Shown here piece by piece: positions 49,212 to 59,012 of a DNA stretch of 64,000 nucleotides (the first letter of the stretch is position 1; every line of letters starts with the position of its first letter). Source of the DNA: a virus; the IMG/VR virus record IMGVR_UViG_3300038701_002504, positions 19,235-83,234 of that record, one strand, 5' to 3'. The notes below the pieces were generated by a model. The model did not search any database. It was not told the origin of the DNA and saw only the letters and a list, made by a program, of their open reading frames with translations. The translations under genes were made by a program, and so were the position numbers.

Positions 49212-49544
49212 ATGGCAAACAATTTCAAAAGATATGCTTCAAGGGATGTAGGAACGGTTGCTGCTACTGTCGGTTCTTATACTGTTGCTGCAAACACACA
49301 AACAACTGCTATTGGTCTAACACTAGCAAATATCTCTAACTCTGCAATCACGGTAACAGCAATGCACAATGATGGTGCAAATGATACTCACATTGTTAAA
49401 GACGCAACACTACCTGCTGGTGGTGCACTGATTGTGATTGGTGGCAATCAGAAGTTGGTTATGGAGACAGGTGATTCAATCAAGGTAAGTGCATCTGCAA
49501 ATACTTCTGTTGATGCTATTCTTTCTGTTTTGGAGATAACATAA
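49212..49544 (+). CDS. Small virion structural protein
   Basis: MANNFK...GLTLAN...KLVMETGD; typical partner of AIALG-ending fibre genes. Confidence 0.6.
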   Translation: MANNFKRYASRDVGTVAATVGSYTVAANTQTTAIGLTLANISNSAITVTAMHNDGANDTHIVKDATLPAGGALIVIGGNQKLVMETGDSIKVSASANTSVDAILSVLEIT

Positions 49545-49545
49545 T

Positions 49546-50622
49546 ATGTCATTTATTGGTAATCCATATCAGCCTCTAAGATTAGATCAATCTGTTCTGG
49601 ACACTAAGCAGAATAAGACTTCATCAGAAAATCTTGATATGAATGGATTTGGAATATCCGGTGTTGGTAGTATCAACGGCGGCTCTCTGTCAGGCTTCCG
49701 TAACCGCCTGATCAATCCTTTGTTTCAAGTTGATATTGAAGGCAATGCTGCTGCTGTGACGACGAGCGGACACGTTGTTGAAGGATGGATTATTTCACAT
49801 ACCAACAGCGTCACAACACAAACACTAAGCCGTGTGACCGGAGACAGCGTTCCGTATGCTTTGCGCTATGCTGTCACGACAGGTAGCGATGCCAGCATTG
49901 CTGCATCCGAGTATGCGTTTATTCAAACTGCAGTCGAAGGGTACGACATTTCAGATGCTCTGTGGGGGACGGCAGACGCAAAGTCGATATGGATTAGTGG
50001 GCGCGTCAAGGCTCCGACAACAGGGACGTACTGCATCAGCCTTCGCAACTCTGCTGGCAACCGCTCTTACGTATTTGAGGTTTCTTGCACAGCAGGAACA
50101 TGGGTTAACTTTGAAAAGGAAATCCCCGGCGACACATCTGGTACGTGGATCAAAACAAACAGTGTTGGACTGACTATTACATTTGTTGTTGCAGTAGGCT
50201 CGACGTTCCAAACGACAGCAGACACTTGGGCAAGCGGCTTGTACTTCGCCACTGTTAATCAAGCCAACGGCCTCGCAACCAACGGTAACATCTACGAAAT
50301 CGAGAACATCCGCGTAAGCGTAGGTGGTCCGATCCCGACTGAATGGCGTCCGTATCAGGTCGATGAAGCGCATTGCATGAGATACTTTGAGAAGAATGTG
50401 ACGGCGATATATGGATCATACTCAACGGTCGTTAATCAGAGCTACACTCGTTGGTCTTTTAAGGTCAGAAAGCGGGTTGTCCCCACTATTGCTAATGGCG
50501 CAGCGGCCACATCTACCGCTGATAACATTACAGTGGATGGTTTTAATGTATACGGCGTATCTACAGGTAACGGATATGCTGCCGTTGGTGGGTCTGCAAC
50601 AGCTTCAGCTAGGCTCATCTAA
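49546..50622 (+). CDS. Tail fibre / receptor-binding protein A
   Basis: MSFIGNP start; FRNRLINPLF carbohydrate-binding-like domain; followed by chaperone. Confidence 0.65.
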   Translation: MSFIGNPYQPLRLDQSVLDTKQNKTSSENLDMNGFGISGVGSINGGSLSGFRNRLINPLFQVDIEGNAAAVTTSGHVVEGWIISHTNSVTTQTLSRVTGDSVPYALRYAVTTGSDASIAASEYAFIQTAVEGYDISDALWGTADAKSIWISGRVKAPTTGTYCISLRNSAGNRSYVFEVSCTAGTWVNFEKEIPGDTSGTWIKTNSVGLTITFVVAVGSTFQTTADTWASGLYFATVNQANGLATNGNIYEIENIRVSVGGPIPTEWRPYQVDEAHCMRYFEKNVTAIYGSYSTVVNQSYTRWSFKVRKRVVPTIANGAAATSTADNITVDGFNVYGVSTGNGYAAVGGSATASARLI

Positions 50623-50658
50623 TGAACACCAGAATTTTATATAAACAAGGAAACTAAA

Positions 50659-51189
50659 ATGAATATTACATCAAAGAAATGGACTAGTCCAGATCAAACT
50701 ACAATCGAAGCTGTCATTGATGGTGTGACAATGTTCATACCGAATGATATGGCAAACATGCACCGTCAAGCAATTGAAGAAGATGTCAATAATGGTGGCG
50801 ATCCGATTGCGGATTATACTCCACCAGCACCGACAAGTTCTGATGTTAACACCGAGAGAAATAGCAGAATTGAAGCAGGTTTCACATTCGGCGGCAAGGT
50901 ATATGACTTTGATCCGAAGTCAAAAGCAAATATCTCTGGTGCTGCTTTGAATGCATTCATGGCAATTGTAGGTGGTGCACAGGTCGGTGATCTGAGATGG
51001 CACGGCGGATCATCTGATTTTGCTTGGATTGCACAGGACAATTCCTTGACGACAATGGATGCTCAAACAGTTGTTGCATTTGGTCAAGCTGCTGCTGCAC
51101 ATGAAACAGCACACATTTTTGCTGCAAGAGCATTGAAAGAATCCGATCCAATTCCAACTGATTATGCAGATGATGTGAATTGGCCATAA
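50659..51189 (+). CDS. Tail fibre assembly chaperone (DUF4376-like)
   Basis: DVNTERNSRI, WIAQDNS, PIPTDYADDVNWP. Confidence 0.7.
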   Translation: MNITSKKWTSPDQTTIEAVIDGVTMFIPNDMANMHRQAIEEDVNNGGDPIADYTPPAPTSSDVNTERNSRIEAGFTFGGKVYDFDPKSKANISGAALNAFMAIVGGAQVGDLRWHGGSSDFAWIAQDNSLTTMDAQTVVAFGQAAAAHETAHIFAARALKESDPIPTDYADDVNWP

Positions 51190-51199
51190 GGGGAACTAA

Positions 51200-52153
51200 G
51201 TGACTAAGATAGTACAAAATCTAGACAGACTCAATGAAGTAACAGCAAGCGGTTTGAATTTATTCGAGAATAGACTGATCAATCCTTTGTTTCAGGTGGA
51301 CATTGAAGGCAATGCTGCTGGCGTGACGACGAGCGGAAAACATGTTGTTGAGGGTTGGATTACATTGTTCAACAACGACGTCACCGCACAGACAACAAGC
51401 CGTGTCACAGGCAATAGCGTACCTTATGCGCTACGATACACGGTTACAACAGGCTCAGATACTAGCATTACTACAGGACAGTATGCGGCGATTATGACTG
51501 CGGCTGAAGGCTACGATATTTCAGACGCGATGTGGGGAACATCCGACGCAAAGTCAGTTTGGGTATCTGGTAGGATCAAGGCCCCAACGACAGGGACGTA
51601 TTGTGTTGCACTCGAAAACGCTGGTAATGATCGCTCTTATGTCTTCGAGGTTTCCTGCACGGCGGGGACATGGGTTAACTTTGAAAAGGAAATTCCCGGA
51701 GATACAAGTGGAACATGGGACAAAACAAACGGACGAGGGCTTCTAGTCGTCTTCACTATCGCCGCAAGTTCTGCATCACACACGACCTCTGACACATGGG
51801 CCGCAGGTGACTTTATCGCCACTTCCAACCAAGAAAATGGTCTTGCAACTAACGGTAACGCTTATGAAATCGAAGATATTCGCGTTTCAGTCAGCAAGCC
51901 AATCAAGACTGAATGGCGTCCGTATGCGCTCGATCTGGCGCATTGTGAGAGGTATTATGAAAGTCAAGCACTCTTTGTGACAACTTCCTCTAAAGCTGGT
52001 ACTTGGCGAAAGCAAAAAAGGGCCACGCCGACTGCTTCTGGTGGTGGTGGTGCAGGCTTCACCACATCAGGTGTTTTGACACAAGATGCATTTAGCTACC
52101 TACAGACAACACCTGCATATCAAACTATTTACGGTAATGCGAGGCTAATCTAA
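51200..52153 (+). CDS. Tail fibre / receptor-binding protein B, paralogue of 49546
   Basis: Colinear similarity to 49546 from NRLINPLF to EWRPY. Confidence 0.65.
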   Translation: MTKIVQNLDRLNEVTASGLNLFENRLINPLFQVDIEGNAAGVTTSGKHVVEGWITLFNNDVTAQTTSRVTGNSVPYALRYTVTTGSDTSITTGQYAAIMTAAEGYDISDAMWGTSDAKSVWVSGRIKAPTTGTYCVALENAGNDRSYVFEVSCTAGTWVNFEKEIPGDTSGTWDKTNGRGLLVVFTIAASSASHTTSDTWAAGDFIATSNQENGLATNGNAYEIEDIRVSVSKPIKTEWRPYALDLAHCERYYESQALFVTTSSKAGTWRKQKRATPTASGGGGAGFTTSGVLTQDAFSYLQTTPAYQTIYGNARLI

Positions 52154-52169
52154 TGAACAAGGAAAATCA

Positions 52170-53036
52170 ATGAGTTATTTAGGAAATAGCCCACAAACAG
52201 TTACCACGGTCGATTATCAGTTCATTGCAACTGCTGGTCAAACTGTATTCACTGGCAACGACTCTGATGGTAAGATACTCGCATTTGAATTAGGCAATGT
52301 TGATGTGTTTGTCAACGGTTTTCTAATGTCATCAGATGATTATACTGAAACAACTGGTACAATCACTTTGAATGATGCTAGAGACGCAAGTGACGTTGTA
52401 CTAATCAGAGCAAAGGGTACTTATTCATCTACTGATCATTATACCAAAGCGGAAGTGGATGCTGAATATTTAAATTTCAGTTCTGATCTGGTCCCTGATG
52501 CTGACGGAACTCGCGACCTTGGCGCACCCTCGTTCGAGTTCGCGGAAGTCCACGCCAGAAAGCATTTCTCTGCCGGGAATGAGCTTATTCGCATTCTCGA
52601 CATTGATGCCTACAGAGACGACGCGACTTACACCACTTCGTCCACAACGTCTTTTGCCGCCTCTGGCTGTACTGCCATCAACACCCGTACACCACTTACC
52701 GACACCTCAAGCATTAAGTTTAGCTCGAGCGCAGTAGTGCGTCATGTCCCTTCCGGGGATGACTTTGGAGTGCGAGCAAGACTGGAATACTTCGATGGAG
52801 CAAATTGGTATGGAGTCCCAAACAGTAATCTGCCTCGTCCATTGCTTGTAAATTGGACAGGTGGGTCGCCGATAATGGATTGGGATATTTCTGCTGGTGG
52901 GATTCTTACAAATGCTCAGAAGCGGTTGGATACTGGCGCTTGGCTCGTAAGGTGGAAATTTTCCAGCATCTATGCGGGGGTGTCCTCGATGTTTGAAGCA
53001 TCAACACTTATCACTGAGTTTGAACCGGGGGCTTAA
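52170..53036 (+). CDS. Tail fibre-like protein C
   Basis: MSYLGNSP start, ATAGQTVF, VDVFVNG, LVPDADGTRDLG. Confidence 0.6.
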   Translation: MSYLGNSPQTVTTVDYQFIATAGQTVFTGNDSDGKILAFELGNVDVFVNGFLMSSDDYTETTGTITLNDARDASDVVLIRAKGTYSSTDHYTKAEVDAEYLNFSSDLVPDADGTRDLGAPSFEFAEVHARKHFSAGNELIRILDIDAYRDDATYTTSSTTSFAASGCTAINTRTPLTDTSSIKFSSSAVVRHVPSGDDFGVRARLEYFDGANWYGVPNSNLPRPLLVNWTGGSPIMDWDISAGGILTNAQKRLDTGAWLVRWKFSSIYAGVSSMFEASTLITEFEPGA

Positions 53037-53039
53037 CAA

Positions 53040-53561
53040 ATGACCAGCTACACACAAGCAGCGGCAGAAGTCCTTGGCCATAACGAATTCAGCGTCGAGA
53101 CGAAAGACGGCGTGCAGACAATCGTACTGTTTGCAGGTGGCAATCCCTCTTCGCAGCAAAAAGCTGACATCGACGCGCTTTGGCAGACCGATGCGTATCA
53201 GAACCCAGCTCCCTCATCTGATAACGTAAATACAGAACGCGAAAGAAGAATCATTGAAGGCACGCTTATCAATATTACAGGATACGGCGATGTTAATCTA
53301 GAAGGCAGAGCTATTGATAGAAGTAATCTATCTGATCTTGCATTTGCAGCTTCTCTTAGAATTTCAATAGGTGATACAACAACCACAACACCTTTTAGAG
53401 ATAAAGATAATGTTAGTCATGATCTAACACCTCCAAATATCATCGAACTCTGGACAAAGGCCAGTGCTTATGTATCTTTTCTTTATGAAAAATCATGGGA
53501 AATAAAAGCAATGGACCCTATTCCAGATGATTATACAGATGATAGTTACTGGAGTGTCTAA
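53040..53561 (+). CDS. Tail fibre assembly chaperone (DUF4376-like), second copy
   Basis: NVNTERERRI, FRDKDN, PIPDDYTDDSYW. Confidence 0.7.
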   Translation: MTSYTQAAAEVLGHNEFSVETKDGVQTIVLFAGGNPSSQQKADIDALWQTDAYQNPAPSSDNVNTERERRIIEGTLINITGYGDVNLEGRAIDRSNLSDLAFAASLRISIGDTTTTTPFRDKDNVSHDLTPPNIIELWTKASAYVSFLYEKSWEIKAMDPIPDDYTDDSYWSV

Positions 53562-53908
53562 TGAGCCTTTACACAAACAAACTTCCAGTTGTTGCTCTTG
53601 GCGACAACACTTATATGACTGATATGCCTATCATCTGGGAAATCGGTAGAAAAGGTTCGGGCTTGAGATATATAGTTCCAGCAGGTTTTAGGTTTGATGT
53701 TTCAATTCCCAAGCTATTTCAGTGGGCATTCAATCCCAACGACAAACGATTTCTGAAAGCCGCCGCCCTACATGATCACATGCTTGTAAATGAATGGTCA
53801 CGTATTGAAGCCGCCGCCGTCTTTCATGAAGCATTGAAAGCCGATCAAGTTGAAAAGTGGAAGAGATTTTCAATGTTTATAGCAGTTGTTATCTGGAAAT
53901 ATAAATAA
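53561..53908 (+). CDS. DUF1353-like protein
   Basis: VPAGFRFDVSIP, KAAALHDHML, FHEALK. Confidence 0.75.
   Translation: MSLYTNKLPVVALGDNTYMTDMPIIWEIGRKGSGLRYIVPAGFRFDVSIPKLFQWAFNPNDKRFLKAAALHDHMLVNEWSRIEAAAVFHEALKADQVEKWKRFSMFIAVVIWKYK
53900..53907 (+). promoter_or_regulatory. Late promoter TATAAATA
   Basis: Exact consensus upstream of 53924/gp13. Confidence 0.7.
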
Positions 53909-53923
53909 AATAAAGGAAACAAA

Positions 53924-54181
53924 ATGGCACGCAAACCAAAAACTCAAAAAACAGAAGATTTTATCTTTCCTAAAAGAGATGAAAAACGTAAAACCGAAGT
54001 AACAACATTACCGCTTACAGGTGAAGAAGTTCTTGTTCTCCTAAATAAGAAGGGCTTGAAAACTGGTAAATCTTTGGATGATAAATTGACAAAAACCGCA
54101 ATCAAATTTTTCCAAAAAACAAACGGTTTAAAAATTACTTCTGATATAAATGACGAAACTCTGGCCAAATTGAAAGGCTAA
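53924..54181 (+). CDS. Stand-alone peptidoglycan-binding-domain protein
   Basis: LLNKKGL...TKTAIKFFQKTNGLKITSDINDETLAKL (PG_binding_1 pattern). Confidence 0.65.
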   Translation: MARKPKTQKTEDFIFPKRDEKRKTEVTTLPLTGEEVLVLLNKKGLKTGKSLDDKLTKTAIKFFQKTNGLKITSDINDETLAKLKG

Positions 54182-54184
54182 TAT

Positions 54185-54934
54185 ATGTCAACATCGCGTC
54201 CTGCAACACGAGCTGAATTTAAAGAATTTATGCTTAGACAGCTTGGTAAACCTGTTATTGAAATCAATGTGGATAATGACCAAGTTGAGGACGCTGTAGA
54301 AATTGCTCTTTCATATTATATAGACCATCACTTCGATGGAGCATTTCCTACTTTTCTTAAATTACAGCTAACTGCTGATAATGTTGCAAATGGTTATATC
54401 GACATACCTGAAGAAGTCGTTGCAATTCGTCGTGTAATGCCTCTGGGTGGTTCTTCTGGCATATCAAATATATTCTCATATGATTATCAATTTACACAAT
54501 CATTAAGCAATGAATTAGCTTCTTCATATTCACTCATTCCATATTTTACAATGAGAATGCAATATGAACAGATTCAGGAAATGTTAATTGGTCAGTTTCC
54601 AATCCGTTATTCTAAACATTTTAATAAGCTTTATCTGGATTGTAATAAATCTAAATTGGCTGAGGGTAATTATATTGTTGCTGAAGCCTATACAGCTATC
54701 AATCCAGAAACACAAACAGATATATGGAATGATAGAATTCTTCAAAGACATGCGACAGCATTATTGAAGAAAACATGGGGACAGAGCATGTCTAAATATG
54801 AAGGTGTACAACTACCTGGTGGTCTCACAATGAATGGTCGACAAATATACGATGATGCTATCACCGAATTGCAACAAATTGAAGATGACTACATTACGAA
54901 TTATTCGCTTCCACCGGAAGATTTGATAATGTAG
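54185..54934 (+). CDS. gp13: Neck protein (gp13-like)
   Basis: LRQLGKPVIEINVD.DQVED, KKTWGQ..SKYEGVQLPGGLTMNG. Confidence 0.92.
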   Translation: MSTSRPATRAEFKEFMLRQLGKPVIEINVDNDQVEDAVEIALSYYIDHHFDGAFPTFLKLQLTADNVANGYIDIPEEVVAIRRVMPLGGSSGISNIFSYDYQFTQSLSNELASSYSLIPYFTMRMQYEQIQEMLIGQFPIRYSKHFNKLYLDCNKSKLAEGNYIVAEAYTAINPETQTDIWNDRILQRHATALLKKTWGQSMSKYEGVQLPGGLTMNGRQIYDDAITELQQIEDDYITNYSLPPEDLIM

Positions 54935-56378
54935 GACTTTTGTCCACAATCGTAAATTTTCTTCCAGCCTCTATCTCTCATATAAGAATCTTCTGTTTCG
55001 TCTTCTTTTATATCCACAAATTTATGTCTTTGGGTTTGATATCTTGAAAGAGTTTGTATTCCGTTGTGATTTTTCCACCATATATATGATGGCGGACTAG
55101 TTTTAAAGAAAGAAAACCCATTTTTTTCATAAGAATTTCCAGAGAAAAATCTTCTTTGTGTATATGATATAATAGATTTTTCTGGATGATTTTTAATAAA
55201 ATGATTTAAGAGTTTACTCATTCCTCCAATAACTATTGTATCTTTTAACGAACACATTCTATGTAATTCATAATCAAAACTTTTATTATATCTAGATTTA
55301 CCAAATGTGAGAAGATACACAAGCTCATCCTGTAAATACAATCCATAGCAAATTGAACTACCCGCATTATATCCCTGTATATGATTATCATTTAAAAACT
55401 GTTTATAAGATTTTACTTCTTTAATAACACAATTTCTAGCATATATTTTTCTCTGGTTTAGATTACAATGAGATTTGATCATACTTTTTATAATATCAAA
55501 TTTTTGCCCATCCATAATCTCATGTTCCATAAGGTGAATTAATCTAATTCCCTTTTCTTCACATAATTTAGTTTTGTTTAAATGATATTCTTTATTGTCT
55601 GAGTGCCAATTTAGTCCATTTACTTCTATGGCTAATTTTTTACTTGGAATATAGAAATCTAATTCTAATGGAGATATAACTTTTCTTATATTTGAAACAA
55701 AATCAATATTTAATTCCTTTAGAAATTCTTTCATTCTAAATTCTGGTTCAGATCTGTTTCGTGGAAGTTTAACTCCATTTTCACGAAGATTTTCACATAT
55801 GTAACTTCTGCTAAGTCCCAATTCATCTGATAACATTGAACTTGTATATTTCTTATCTACTTTATCCTGAACCCATTCTTCATTTGATAATAATTCTAAA
55901 GAAGTTTTGTTATTAGAACTCCATTTATTTTTTATTAATCTTTTGAATCTTTCAGATATATATATTCATTCGTATATGTTTTCTGTACATAATCGCCAAA
56001 TAGTGAAGATCCTATCTTACATATATCATCAAGTCTCATATCAGTATTTTCATATAGATGAATACAATGTTGAAAATTTTCTTCAAATTTTTTAAGTTTT
56101 TTTTCACGTCTCCTATCATTGGCAGATGACCCGAAATTATATTTTCTACAATTAATACTGCATGTTTCTGAATAACCGCCATTATAGAATTTTAGATTAT
56201 TACCGCAATGGCACTTTGGTGGTGTCTCAGCATCTATTGAAGCTAAATAAATAGATTCACGTATATCTAGACCTTGATAGTTATTTGGTATATCTTCATC
56301 CATTATTAGGGAAATCTTTTTACTTGATACTCTTTTCTTATTGCGTTTAAGTTCTACACACTCAAAAAATGAATTCAT
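54901..56378 (-). pseudogene. PD-(D/E)xK (Hef/DUF559-like) homing endonuclease split by a frameshift at (AT)5, 55956-55965
   Basis: 5' ORF has Zn finger PKCHCGNNLKF..CS..C; 3' ORF has ELDFYIP..LAIEVNGLNWH; deleting one AT unit joins them into a 491-aa frame. Confidence 0.7.
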
Positions 56379-56401
56379 TCTAAACCCTTATTTCAATATA
56401 T

Positions 56402-56426
56402 TATAAATAATCATATAATATTTATA
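56402..56426. promoter_or_regulatory. Two exact late promoters: plus 56402-56409 (gp14) and minus 56419-56426 (endonuclease)
   Basis: TATAAATA and TATTTATA. Confidence 0.7.
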
Positions 56427-56443
56427 AGGAAATGTACATATAG

Positions 56444-57073
56444 ATGGCCACAAATAGTTACTTTAACCAATTCAGCTCAAATACAGAACAAACTCTCATT
56501 GAAAATCTCATTGTAGAGGCGATCAAAATTTATGGTCATGATATGTATTATCTTCCACGTACTGGTGTGAATAAAGATGCTACTCTGAATGAATGGGAAT
56601 ACAGTGAATTTAATACAGCTCTACCATGTGAATTCTATATTAAGTCAAGTTCTTCATTCGAAGGGCAGGGTCAGCTTCTTGAAAAATTTGGCTTACAGAT
56701 TAAAGATCAATTAACTCTGCAAATTTCTGTTCGTTCTTTTAATGAATTTATTAAACCTACAACAGGTGAAGAAAGACCTTTGGAAGGTGATTTGATCTAC
56801 ATCCCAATGATTAAAGCTCTTTATGAAGTGAATTATCTGGACAAAGCTGTAACATTCTTTCAATTGGGATCTCTTCAGAGTTATGACATTGTTCTAGAAC
56901 TTTATGAATCAAACAATGATAAATTTGCCACAGGCATCGCTGCGATAGATGACACTTACAATGCTATAAACAATATTGTAAATGATCCATTTGATCAGGG
57001 CGACAACCTGGAGACAGAAGGCGAGACCGTTCTGGACTTTACTGAGAAGAATCCGTTTACAGATTTATACTAG
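56444..57073 (+). CDS. gp14: Neck protein (gp14-like)
   Basis: EQTLIENLIVEAIKIYG.DMYYLPR, KFGLQIKD, RPLEGDLIY, FTEKNPF. Confidence 0.92.
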   Translation: MATNSYFNQFSSNTEQTLIENLIVEAIKIYGHDMYYLPRTGVNKDATLNEWEYSEFNTALPCEFYIKSSSSFEGQGQLLEKFGLQIKDQLTLQISVRSFNEFIKPTTGEERPLEGDLIYIPMIKALYEVNYLDKAVTFFQLGSLQSYDIVLELYESNNDKFATGIAAIDDTYNAINNIVNDPFDQGDNLETEGETVLDFTEKNPFTDLY

Positions 57074-57350
57074 GTTTCGCTTTTAAAATTGGTGGTATTA
57101 AAGAAAAAATTTCACCTTTAGGTTTTGTCATAGGTTGATGATTTATGATTAGAAAAATTGTCTGTGATGATACAACTTCACACTTCTCCATTATTTCTTG
57201 AATACGTCTCTTTGGAATATCATAATGAGGTTTATCTCCTCCATGATACCAACAACGTTTAATATTTAGTATGCGTGCCATTTCATGTAGATTTTCCACA
57301 GAATATGGCACGCATACTAAATGTCGTTTATTGTCGCAATAGAATTTCAC
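57057..57350 (-). CDS. DUF4031-like protein
   Basis: RHLVC..SVENLHEMA...WYH...PHYDIP. Confidence 0.6.
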   Translation of the reverse strand: MKFYCDNKRHLVCVPYSVENLHEMARILNIKRCWYHGGDKPHYDIPKRRIQEIMEKCEVVSSQTIFLIINHQPMTKPKGEIFSLIPPILKAKPSINL

Positions 57351-57583
57351 AGAAAACTCATGTAATACTTTGATCCATTATAAACTTCATCTCGCATGAA
57401 TTCGGGAAGCGTAATAAGAAACTCCTCAACATACATTGTATCAATCATATCTTCAACATTTTGAAAATCGGTATTCCTATTGTTGATAAGATACATTGCA
57501 ACTGCATATCGGCATTTTTCTGTGGTTTCAATTTCATCAACCGAATCGAAATCCATGAATACATATTTTTGCAGATCTTCCAT
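57347..57583 (-). CDS. Hypothetical acidic protein
   Basis: Start moved to MEDLQ, downstream of the promoter and GGAG RBS. Confidence 0.55.
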   Translation of the reverse strand: MEDLQKYVFMDFDSVDEIETTEKCRYAVAMYLINNRNTDFQNVEDMIDTMYVEEFLITLPEFMRDEVYNGSKYYMSFL

Positions 57584-57612
57584 TTCATATCTCCATTTGT
57601 TCCGATAAGAAT

Positions 57613-57640
57613 AATATACACTATTTCTCAACAATGTAAA
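57613..57640 (-). promoter_or_regulatory. Early promoter TTTACA-N16-TATATT
   Basis: 26-nt identity with the promoter at 1781-1806. Confidence 0.7.
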
Positions 57641-57641
57641 C

Positions 57642-57649
57642 TATAAATA
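57642..57649 (+). promoter_or_regulatory. Late promoter TATAAATA
   Basis: Exact consensus upstream of gp15. Confidence 0.75.
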
Positions 57650-57669
57650 AATAAAAAATAGGATTTATT

Positions 57670-58458
57670 ATGGCATCAACATCACCGGGTTATTTTTATC
57701 ATTCGTTAATTAAAAAAGCTATCCAAATTTTTGGTAGCAGGTTTAATGACATCCAGATCAAGAGAATGAACACTGATGATACAGTTGAGCAGACTTTATC
57801 AGTTCCTATCCAATATGGTCCTATTCAGAAATATCTAGCTCGTATACAGGGTGATAGAGATAACAAAAGAAATGTGAATGCGATCTTTCCTCGTATGGCA
57901 TTTGAAATAACGGGTTTTCAACGAGATGCATTAAGAAAAATAAATCCAACTGAAAAATTAAATTATGGTGTAAATAGCGGTTATGTTCCAGTTCCATATG
58001 ATATTCAATTTCAGCTAAATGTAGTAAGCATTAATGCTGAGGATGGTCTGAAGATTGTTGAACAGATTATTCCATATTTTAACCCACAACTTGGTCTATC
58101 TGCCAAACTGATGGACGGATATGATAAAGTTTTTAATATTCCACTTGTATTAGATTCTGTAAATATGACAGATACATATGAAGGTGACTTTATGTCCAGA
58201 AGAGCCATCATATGGCAATTGGATTTCACATTAAAATATTATTTCATTGGTCCGGTTACAGAATCTAAGTTGATTAAGTTTGTAAAGGTGAATACATACT
58301 CAACTCCTGAAATGGATGAGATTGATGAATTTTACACAGCACAACCAGGTCTTACTGCGAATGGACAGCCTACAACTGACATTAATGAAACGGTTGCTTA
58401 TACATTGATTAATGAGGACGATGATTATGGATTTATTTTTCAAAGGAATCCTGAATGA
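57670..58458 (+). CDS. gp15: Tail sheath stabiliser/terminator (gp15-like)
   Basis: YFYHSLIKK..FG..FNDI, VPIQYGP.QK, PRMAFEI, VPVPYDI, EQIIPYFNP. Confidence 0.92.
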   Translation: MASTSPGYFYHSLIKKAIQIFGSRFNDIQIKRMNTDDTVEQTLSVPIQYGPIQKYLARIQGDRDNKRNVNAIFPRMAFEITGFQRDALRKINPTEKLNYGVNSGYVPVPYDIQFQLNVVSINAEDGLKIVEQIIPYFNPQLGLSAKLMDGYDKVFNIPLVLDSVNMTDTYEGDFMSRRAIIWQLDFTLKYYFIGPVTESKLIKFVKVNTYSTPEMDEIDEFYTAQPGLTANGQPTTDINETVAYTLINEDDDYGFIFQRNPE

Positions 58459-59012
58459 ATAGCTTTAAACAATTCCTAGAAGAAGGTCGCGATGCTCCTT
58501 TATATCATGCATTATACGATGAATATGCTGTTTCAGCGATAAAACACAATCATCTTTTAGCTAAATCTGTGCATAATATAAAGTTGGATATCAAACAGAA
58601 TAGACTTAACAGATTTAGAGAAGCAAAAGTTATATCCCTCACCAGAAATTTAAGATTTGCTCTGAGATGGGCCGGCGGTGGAAGAGTTGATGGAGAATAT
58701 AAAGTAATTTTCGAATTAGATCAAAGAAAACTAACTCAAAATTATAAACTTATTTCATATAACTTCTTTGCTAATTATGGAAAACATCCAACAAGAAAAG
58801 GTGATAATGAATTAGGGATGGATGAATATAACTTTCCAAAAAATCAATATGAAGAATCAATAATTGGTGATGTAAAAAATTTAAATAAATATTTAACAAA
58901 AATAATGTTTGTTGATGTTTCAAATGTTAAAAAAGAAAACGAATATATGAAAATACTATTGAAACACCCACTAGCATGGGATATGAAAACAAAAAGGTTT
59001 ATAAATGGCTAA
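58455..59012 (+). CDS. EGRDAPLYH-family paralogue 10 (QxE subtype)
   Basis: MNSFKQFLEEGRDAPLYHAL; ISLTRN; FELDQRKL; QYEESI. Confidence 0.65.
   Translation: MNSFKQFLEEGRDAPLYHALYDEYAVSAIKHNHLLAKSVHNIKLDIKQNRLNRFREAKVISLTRNLRFALRWAGGGRVDGEYKVIFELDQRKLTQNYKLISYNFFANYGKHPTRKGDNELGMDEYNFPKNQYEESIIGDVKNLNKYLTKIMFVDVSNVKKENEYMKILLKHPLAWDMKTKRFING

Noticed and set aside
49546-52153. Diversity-generating retroelement (TR/VR pair) in the duplicated fibre genes
   Set aside because: No reverse transcriptase in the window, both copies are full ORFs, and differences are not confined to adenines.
55935-56378. MNSFFECVE as another capsid-targeting leader
   Set aside because: Lacks the FKx[FY]LxE pattern and is the N-terminus of the frameshifted endonuclease.
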